A DNA stretch of 64,000 nucleotides, from positions 334,180,001 to 334,244,000 of the forward strand of contig OZ024743.1 of assembly GCA_964016885.1 (NCBI GenBank). The letters run 5' to 3'. This DNA comes from Eledone cirrhosa. Lineage: Eukaryota. Of this stretch, positions 54,351 through 64,000 are shown piece after piece. Each line of letters begins with the position of its first letter. Within the stretch, counting starts at the first letter, position 1. The notes under the pieces are model-generated. The model saw nothing but the letters and a program-made list of their open reading frames with translations, did no database searches and was not told where the DNA came from. Made by a program: the position numbers and the translations under genes.

Positions 54351-54381
54351 TCAATTGTGTTTTTATTTCTGTTTACCTTTT

Positions 54382-54480
<99 letters not shown>

Positions 54481-54527
54481 CATATACGTATAAATGCATG
54501 CATACATATATATACATACACACACAT

Positions 54528-54572
<45 letters not shown>

Positions 54573-54677
54573 TGTATAAATACATGCATACATACAGGTA
54601 TACATTTATATATATATATCCTCAGTACAGATTATTCGTAACCTGAGCTTAGGTAACCTTAAAAAAAATCTCGTTTA

Positions 54678-54717
<40 letters not shown>

Positions 54718-54857
54718 AGTATGTGTTGGTTGGTTACCGCCAGTTCTTTGAGAAAACAACAGCATACTTCGGGATAGGGCATATCAAAGGAGCGAAATAA
54801 CGGAAGTAAACTGTGTTCCATCAATCTGTTTTTCTGTTCTTTTTTCTGTTCAAGTTC

Positions 54858-54920
54858 TAGCTGTCTGATGAGGTCATAGCTGTTGATTAATGGTTATTAC
54901 TGAAATATATATAACAGCTA
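54858..54920 (+). ncRNA. Type I hammerhead ribozyme (family D)
   Basis: tagctgt CTGATGA ggtcatagctgtt-gatt-aatggttattact GAAA tatata TA acagcta; 7-bp stem I; element ends at (TA)n ~54970. Confidence 0.85.
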
Positions 54921-54971
54921 ATGTGAATAAACGAGGTTAATTTTAACCTGTTGACTTACACTTCTTCTTTA

Positions 54972-55055
<84 letters not shown>

Positions 55056-55074
55056 CATGTGTGTGTGTGTATGT

Positions 55075-55112
<38 letters not shown>

Positions 55113-55599
55113 CTCGGGTTCAATCAGGGGTAACCACGGTAAGTAAGGTGCTCAATATATAGCACACTATACATTTTTAATATAGAAATGGCTTCTACAG
55201 GACTAGAACTGTGTCAGTCGAAGGAAATCATATACACACACACACAGACATATACATTCATAGGATGATAATGATCAAAATGAAGACTAGAAAATAATAG
55301 ATTCAGAACGATAATTGGATAATTCATTAAAATTTTATTTTCAAATTATTTCACTTGGAATTCTGTGTAGTTGTGTAATACATACGTAAGTTAAGTTTGG
55401 CACGAAAAAGAAGCTCGAAGCTGAAAAACTCTGGTAAAACGTCGACTGATATAATCTAAGATGATAGTTTTAATACATCAATTGTTTAGAGAATCAAATA
55501 ATCAATTATTAGACTATAAAATATTCTTACTCTAATTATGTGAAATTCTTCCTAATTTATCTGAGCCACATTAACAATACACAACAATCAAATATAGTC

Positions 55600-55906
55600 G
55601 TAAGTACACACACATATTCACACACACTCAAACATACATAGACACACACAGACAGACACACACAAACATACATAGACACACACACACACAGACACACACA
55701 CATACTCACACATACATGGACACACACACACACACACACACAAACATACATAGATATGCACACACACACAGACACAGACACATACATCGACACATACACA
55801 CACACCGACACATACATGCATAGTGACACACACAAACACATACACACATGCATGCATAGAGACATATACACACACAGACACAGACATACATATACACATA
55901 CATACA

Positions 55907-55946
<40 letters not shown>

Positions 55947-56030
55947 CTCATGCACGCATACACACACACTCACACAACACACACACATACACAGAGACAG
56001 ACACAGACAAAGACCTACACACACAGACAG

Positions 56031-56063
<33 letters not shown>

Positions 56064-56280
56064 TTCAGCCATATAGAAACAGAGATACACTCAGACACAG
56101 ACACACACACAGACATACACAGAATTACACACACAGAGACACACTGACACACACACGCATACAGACACACATGTGTACGTTCCCATAATTGGAGAACGCA
56201 AATACACATACAAAAACGTATATTCATACATACATACATACATACATACATACATACATACATACATACATACATACATA
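55600..56280. repeat. Degenerate CA-rich low-complexity tract and (TACA)n
   Basis: Direct reading. Confidence 0.9.
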
Positions 56281-57406
56281 CGTCATACCAACACATATAT
56301 GTTTGTAAATAGATCTCACTATCTACATAGCAGCGTATATATAATAATTGTTTCTACTTTTGGCACAAGGCCAGCAATTACCCAGTATATTACTGGTACT
56401 TTATTTTATCAACCCCGTAAGGATGAAAGGCAAAGTTAACCTCGACGGGATTTGAACTCAGACCGTAAAGAGACATAACTATGATAGAAAGCATGGCGTC
56501 CGACCCTCTACCGATAATAATACTCCTCGTTTTCTTACAATATATATATATATATATATAAAGAAAGAAAATGGAACGGATCTCCGTCGGTTTCGACGAT
56601 GAGCGTTCCAGTTGTTTTATCAACGGAACAGTTCATCGGAAAATATAATTTCTTTGGAAATGATATTTTCCCAAGATACCTCGCAGCAGGCTTGAACTCG
56701 TGAAGCAAATCCTTTAGTTATCCAGCCATATTGCGTACACAGTGGAACATATATATATATACACACAATCTGTACACACAGACGCCTACATATTTACATA
56801 CCAACAAATTTATCCTTTTTTGGCGGTGATGTATTTGGTTTGCAAGGTTTTGATATGAAATATCAAAATGTGTGGTGAAAAAGATATTGTTACATTTGGA
56901 GAGAGTCATGTTGTCCTAATATTGTAAAATACACTCACTCTATGGTTTGGTTTATATTTTTATATTTTTATAATTTTGTATTTTATTTTATTTTTAAAAA
57001 TTCTACTTTTATTTTTATATTCACTCATCTCTGTATATCTTATTTTGTTTTTGTTTATCAACTGTAAGAAGTACTAGATACTTGTCTGTCATGGCTTACT
57101 AGCTCTATACTGACCACTAAATTGACTAAATATGTTTACTTAGATCCCAGTATACACAAGGCACCACACGTTGATACTCCCCTGTCTTTACAATATATAA
57201 ATATATGTTGAATGGTTGTTATAAATATATGTTAAACAGAGTGTTGAATAATTTACTTTGTAGCATTTGGCTGTATTCATTTATATTCCTAGCTCAAACG
57301 GTGTTTATGTCCAATTCCTTTCATCTTTACAAAATATCGTTCGATAAAATAAATAATGGCGTTGGTATAATCAACCCTATTTCAGAAAGGAGTGTCCCAG
57401 CATCTC

Positions 57407-57439
<33 letters not shown>

Positions 57440-57611
57440 GTATATATATATAGAGAGAGAGAGGTAGAACACTAGATGGTAATATCCGTAGTGGTAGAGT
57501 CCATGGGACGAGTTAGGTAGAAGTGGTAACACAACAGTTAGTTCACCATACCGAGAAGGTGAAACAATTCTTCTCGATATGGTGAACTATCTGTTGTGTT
57601 ACCACTTTTAT

Positions 57612-57647
<36 letters not shown>

Positions 57648-57651
57648 CACA

Positions 57652-57691
<40 letters not shown>

Positions 57692-58021
57692 AATATAGTT
57701 ATACTTGGGGAGGGTCATATTTGTGTAATATTGCCAGAATTAATAACAGAACACACTCACTGTTTGGTTGGTTTTCGCTTCTCGCTTCTGTGTCTTTTAT
57801 ATCGGTAATCTAATCTATTCGGTCCTCAATGTTGCCATTGACTGACCAACGGTCAAAAATAATACAGATACAATATAGACACAAACACATATATAGTTTA
57901 TCAAATTTCTTACGTTGCACATCTGCAACATCGTCAGTGGTGCAATATTACACAAATATGACTCTCCCCAAGTATAACAATATTTGTTTCGACACACGAT
58001 TTCATATAAAAAACCTCGCAA

Positions 58022-58070
<49 letters not shown>

Positions 58071-58451
58071 TATTTATACATATATATATACTGTGTATAT
58101 GGGATAACAAGTTATCGTTATAGGTAATCCAGTTAGAGTATTCCGCATCGTGGATAGTTTTAACGTACGGCTTTGTTTGACTCAACAAGATGTTTCCATA
58201 GTTATGCAGCGAGTTCGCGGTATTTTCTATGCAGGTTATACTTGGAGTAATAATAGTTAAAGAATGAAGAGTAACATGGTTGGCTGTACAATAAGGGCTT
58301 TATTTAAAGTACTGACAATTGTTTCGTTGATCAGGTGTGTCTAGAGTTCGCTAATCGCTTGAGGTTGCGTCAATCGATCTCTAATACATTGTTTAAGACA
58401 TGACACTATCGTGCTTATATTTACATCCCTACTCGACTAGCATTCTAATAA

Positions 58452-58646
58452 CAGACTTGCCAATCTCTAAAAATCCAAACGGGGAGTACTATGATAAAAA
58501 GTGCCCCAAAACGGGGAGAAATGAGCCAAAATATGGAGATTTTGCATAATGAAAGCTATAACCATTTTCACAAGAGAAGACAACACTCTCCCACCCCAAA
58601 GTGGGTGGGAGATCTCCACGTCGGATGGGTAGAGTTGACAAGTCTG
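58452..58646. mobile_element. MITE with ~15-bp TIRs
   Basis: cagacttgccaatctc ... gagttgacaagtctg; internal repeated aaacggggag; no clear TSD. Confidence 0.6.
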
Positions 58647-60262
58647 CAACAACTCTGTTGACATGACACGCCAGACAGGTAACTCCCTCAGACATAACAC
58701 TCATAGCGTTAGTTACATACGCTCTTAGCCGGGCAAACATAAAAAAATAGCCTACGGTGAGAGAGAGAGAGAGAGGGAGAGAGTGAGAGAGAGAGAGAGA
58801 GAGAGAGCAGTGTAAAAGGGATATGGATGAAGAATCAACCTCAGTACTTGACTGGTACTTTTTTAACGACCTCGAAAGGATGAAACGCAAAGGTAACCTC
58901 GGCAGAATTTGAACTCAGAGAGCAGGAATGAATAAAGCAAAGCATTCTATCCGACGTTCTAACGATTCTGCTACATATATACATAAATACTTACATAAAT
59001 ACATACACAGCTTCTCCCTTTTACACAAACAAAAGATAAATATTTTAAAAATGTTGTTAGAAAATATACTCGTTCTCCTCAAGGTGATGAACATTCACCA
59101 GATAGCAGGCAGAAAATATTAATAAATGTGATAATTTCACATCACCAATAACTGCTGAATTTTATGTATTATATTCACAATATATATATATAAATGTCTA
59201 TTAATTTTGACATTTCTTTAATTCAACTTTTGACATGTCTATATCTTTCGTCTATGTTAAAATATTATAAAGTATTATGTTCGAAGCTGTCCAGATCTTT
59301 ATACTTAACGTTAGTGACTAAATTTATTATAGCTGTATAGACATATAATTGGCAATTTAACAAATTAGTTAAATGTTGAAGAGTTGTTGGAATTAACTGC
59401 AGATAACTAATTTTGCATTGCAACTCTTACCCATATTGAATTGTCTAAAATTATATTGTATGGCCTTTTCACACAAGACAACGATAGAGATGTGAAAATT
59501 TACATCATAGAAATTGTTAATTCTAATCCATTTTACGGCCATAATAAATAAAATCCAATTACCATATGTTAAGATTTACTGCTGTCTGCTGTTTTGAAAA
59601 GAAAGGTAGGTTAAAAGGTTAAGGCCTTCTTCGATCACAAATGACCATGAGATTTTCACCCTCACCCTTCTCCACGCCACCAATGTTGTTCAAGGGAAAG
59701 ACAAGACAAAAGCCAATACAACTAAGCACCAGTGACGTCGCAACTAATTTTTACGCCAGCTGAGTGAATTTAAGCAACATGGAATAAAGTGTCTTGTTCA
59801 ACACACTACCCGATCCGGGAATCGAACTCACAACGTCACGATCTTAATCCCAATGCTCTAACCACTAAGCCACACGCCTTCACAAAAAAATGTAGGTTTT
59901 AGCTAGGAAAAATATGTTGAAGTGTGAATTATGAGCGGTGATGCGAAAATGTATATTTACCGAATTTGTATGAAGTGGGATTTGACTATTTTTAACAAGT
60001 AGAGGCGGTCTCTTGTCTCTTTACCCAAGTGGCATAGGTTCAGCACTCCCACATTTCACCTCTAAATGACTAGATGTCTCTTGAAAGACTTTACATGTAT
60101 GTATGTCGAAGTATATTATGTATTCTGCTTTTCTTGTGACATTTGGGACATTTGGCTACTATTTCTAGCTGATCGAGAAGTTACATAGAACCACTAAAGT
60201 AAACTGAAGTAACATGCAAAGTTTCATACATCGGTTTGTCAGCTGCATGAGCCACATTCCCC

Positions 60263-60346
60263 CCTTCTTCTTCTTCTTCTTCTTCTTCTTCTTCTTCTTC
60301 TTCTTCTTCTTCTTCTTCTTCTTCTTCTTCTTCTTCTTCTTCTTCT

Positions 60347-60381
<35 letters not shown>

Positions 60382-60712
60382 CACTTATTCCTGAGAGGGT
60401 CGTAGAGGCAGAGTCCTCAAACACCCCTTCCAACATGTCCTGTCAGAAGCAACCATCTCCAACTGATCCTGCTGGATCCCCAAGTAAGACCAGCCAAGCT
60501 CATGGATATTATCCAACCATCTCGCTCGGGGGTCTACCTCTAGGTCTCCTCTTGGTTGGTTTTGCCTGTAAAATCTGTCCAGCGATTCTTTCCTTAGGCA
60601 TTCTAATCACATGTCCATAGTATTGGAGCTGTGATATCTCAATTCGGAGAAGTAGCAGCTCTACGTGGATTGACTCTCTCGTCTCTGAGCTACACATTCT
60701 ATCGAGTAACGT
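60263..60712 (-). mobile_element. RTE-clade LINE 3' end with (GAC)n/(GAA)n tail
   Basis: LRIEISQLQYYGHVIRMPKERIAGQILQAKPTKRRPRGRP followed by a trinucleotide tail. Confidence 0.85.
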
Positions 60713-60969
60713 TACTCTCTATTTTTCTTATATAACTTTTTGTCTGATTTTATCTCTCTTTCTCTCTCTCTCATCATCTTTCTTTCTCTATAGAGGGGAA
60801 CTGTGCGAAGAAATGCAGATGAATGTCAGATTTTCAATAAGAATAAAAAATACTGACGTTAAAAACATCGCTGCTTTATAGATCGAAATATGTGGTATGC
60901 AAACCTTATACTCCCCCCACATATATGATTATACATACATGTATATATATACATATATACACACACATG

Positions 60970-61058
<89 letters not shown>

Positions 61059-63087
61059 GTGTGTATGTTTATGTATACCGTATATAGACATGTACAAGTC
61101 GATTTAGGGAGTTAACTTTACGAGGTCGACAAGGGATTGATGTGGAAGCCCAAATTGAACTGTAAAACGAACGAATAACAACAAAAAATAAAGATAAGGT
61201 CTGGGGATTTATCCTAAAAACACACAAATCTTTACGTACTGAAAATTTCTATTCCAATGATGATATGGTCGATTGTTAACACGACCATAGAGGAATAGAG
61301 GAAAAAAGTGAACATGAGTCGAGCTTGGGTAAAATTTCGCAGTTGTGAATTATAATTTCAATGTGAATGAAAGGTCTGCCGTCGGTTTCGACTATGATAG
61401 TTCGATTTATTAGATCAACGGAATTACCTTCTCACGAAATTAACAGATAAGTGGCTGAATAAATATAGCCTTAAAGTAATTCTCAGGGAGATTCAGCGCG
61501 ACACCAGTGTGTGAAAAGTCTGTTCTTTTGAATTATTGGTACAGTTAAACCGACGGACAGACTTCCGAACAGTTTTCGTCAAACCAATTTCACTCACAAA
61601 GCATGAGCCGACTCGAGACTGTGGTAAATTGTATCATGCCGCTTAGATTTATAGCCACAGTGCAGCCGACAAGCTTCTAAACAGTTTCCGTCTACCCAAG
61701 TTCAATTTCACGCACAAAATATGTGTCGACCTGAGGCTATGATAAACATTAACTCAATATAGCAGGCAATGGGATTAAACCCGGGAACTAATGGTTGTGC
61801 AGCGAACTTTTAACTATTCAGCCATACTGTAATTGATTATAGAAATGTTAAGATAATATTTAAAGGATACCATAAATCTAAAAATATTAAGCTGTAGAAT
61901 GAAAGAAGGAAGGACGAACCATTAGAGTAGTCCAATCGTTGACGATAATTGGGAAAGCGAATAGTTAGTAAGCTGTCTAAAATAACATATTTTCCAATCT
62001 CAATGACTCTGTATTCTGTGTCTGAAGGTGACAGTTTAAAATATTGACATTAATTCATATCATAATAGATTCAGCTTTTAGTATATTATTTGCATTAAAT
62101 CAATAGTCTTGAAGAAAGTAGAATATATTTAAATAGTTAAGTGATAAGCAAGAAATTATTCCGTACCAAACTAAAATCTATTGCTTAAAAATTTGAATTT
62201 ATAGCAAAACAAAATTAATCATATAAAAAGACGGATGAAATCGAATAATAGATTTTTGTCTCGGTATTTCTTGACTTAATCGATCCTTATCTGAGGTCAT
62301 TAATGATTATTGATGAAATGGATAATTGTTTGAGACGTAGGTTTATAGATACTAAATGAAGTGTTTTTGGTATAAAGGATATGTGAATATAAAGATATTG
62401 AGGCCATTCTCTTACATTTTTACTATCAGTAAGCAATAACTGTTTCTACTTTAGGCACAAGGCCAGCAAATACCAAGTGCATTACTGGTACTTTATTTTA
62501 TCGACCCCGTAAGGATGAAAGGCAAAGTCCACCTCGGCGGGGTTTGAACTCAGATCGTAAAGGGACGTAACTATGCTGGAAAGCATGGCGTCCGACCTTC
62601 TACCGATACTGCCAATCCACTATCAGTAAGCAATAACGTTCGGATTTAATCATTTGCATTCATATGAAATCAATTGTATGGAACACCACTGTTGCAACAA
62701 TAAAACGTTTCCCCTGATAACTAGCAGGATTTAAATAGTGTAATACAATAGTAATAATAGTACACATAATACAGTCACGCACAAGAAACCTACTACACAA
62801 AAATGCGTGCATATATCACGACATTCACAGATTCATTATAAATCATTTGTGATCAAACAAAAGCAGATATGAATTCCGCCTCTTCGTTCGCTCATTGTTT
62901 ATTTCTTAATGTCGTAGCCAGAATTCTAAGTATTTTAGGTTAGAAGTTGATTCCGCACAAATACCGGAACCTGACCGACTGCTTCCTTTTCGTATAGGTC
63001 ACTGACGTGGTATCTTTGGTCTCCGGACTGTCGTTTTCTACCACAAAATTAGGAAGAGTGCATTGCGTCCGAGAAAGGAACCTTGTG

Positions 63088-63190
63088 ATGTGGAATGGCC
63101 GATGCAGTGTATGTCGCTGGCTGTTCTTCGTGGTAGTGTTTGCGCTATCTTTTCCGCGGAGAGTAGCTGAGATAAACCACTTATTCGTAG
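63088..63190 (+). CDS. Possible first coding exon of a secreted or membrane protein (signal-peptide-like)
   Basis: MWNGRCSVCRWLFFVVVFALSFPRRVAEINHLFV-G, ending AG|gtgaag (weak phase-1 donor), within a non-repetitive CpG-richer island 62870-63210. Confidence 0.3.
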
Positions 63191-64000
63191 GTGAAGATTT
63201 TGCGCCTCCCCCCTTTTATTTCATTATTTAACCTTACCCTCTCCTTTTTTCTCCCCTTTTTACTCTCCTCTTGTTTACTATTTTAATCCTTCGTCTAAGT
63301 TAGATTTGAAATATCTCCACCGTAAAAACACGGAATATTTCTCAAATGCTACACTTACAGGATATGTACGCCATCTACAAATGTAATTAGTACCGGTCTG
63401 TAGGGCCATTGTCACTAGTAATCCGCTTATAAATCCTTTGTTCTTTGACTGGTTTAAGAACTAGGTATTTGCCTTTACTCTACAAAGTTCACACCAAATT
63501 TGGTGACCTAATTTTTCTGTACATCAAGGGTGGCGCCGTCTATGTGTCTGAGTACGTGAGCTGCGGTATGATGTATATATATTGAAACATATAGTAATTA
63601 TTGACAGATACAGCAATATAATTTGATTAAAAAGTAATGGTTTCTGATTTAGGCACAGGGCCAATAATTTGGGCTAGAGAAAAGTCAATTAAATCGACCT
63701 CAGTGCATTACTGGTACCTCATTTTATCGATCCTGTAAGGATGAAAGGCATAGCTAACCTCGGTGGGATTTGAACTTAGAACATAAATGAAGTTACTATA
63801 TGCCAATCCATACACATATGTAATTGGGTATGAAATTGATTGTTACTCTAAAACATTCAATTGCACACGTTATCACCATACCAAGTTTAACTATTGTGCT
63901 ACATACGACCGAATGCTTAAGGAGTTCGCTTTGCAATCATAGGATGCAGGGCTTGATCCCGCTGTGTAGTATCTAGGAAAAATGTCATTACCATAGCCAG

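Overview
AT-rich, microsatellite-saturated eukaryotic DNA. The SINE and microsatellite make-up suggests a coleoid cephalopod such as an octopus (inference). Almost all recognisable content is transposon-derived. It includes a frameshifted Penelope-like element (PLE; RT + GIY-YIG) at 43-2166 and further PLE fragments, an internally deleted mariner, L1/Tx1-like, R4/Dong-like, CRE-like and RTE LINE fragments, about 20 Nin-domain tRNA-SINE copies, CORE-like SINEs, head-to-head non-autonomous Helitrons, a MITE and a dimeric minisatellite. At most two or three isolated host exons are plausible. Most ORFs in the track are microsatellite artefacts. The main hidden signal, folded by eye, is about 13 sequence-distinct families of type I hammerhead ribozyme (HHR) motifs in more than 20 full or partial copies. 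Most sit in short elements that end on (TA)n tracts and are often arranged as fold-back inverted repeats. These look like a diverse population of microsatellite-associated, ribozyme-bearing PLE termini or mini-retroelements, some with non-canonical cores. All coordinates were read manually, and the boundaries of degenerate elements are approximate.
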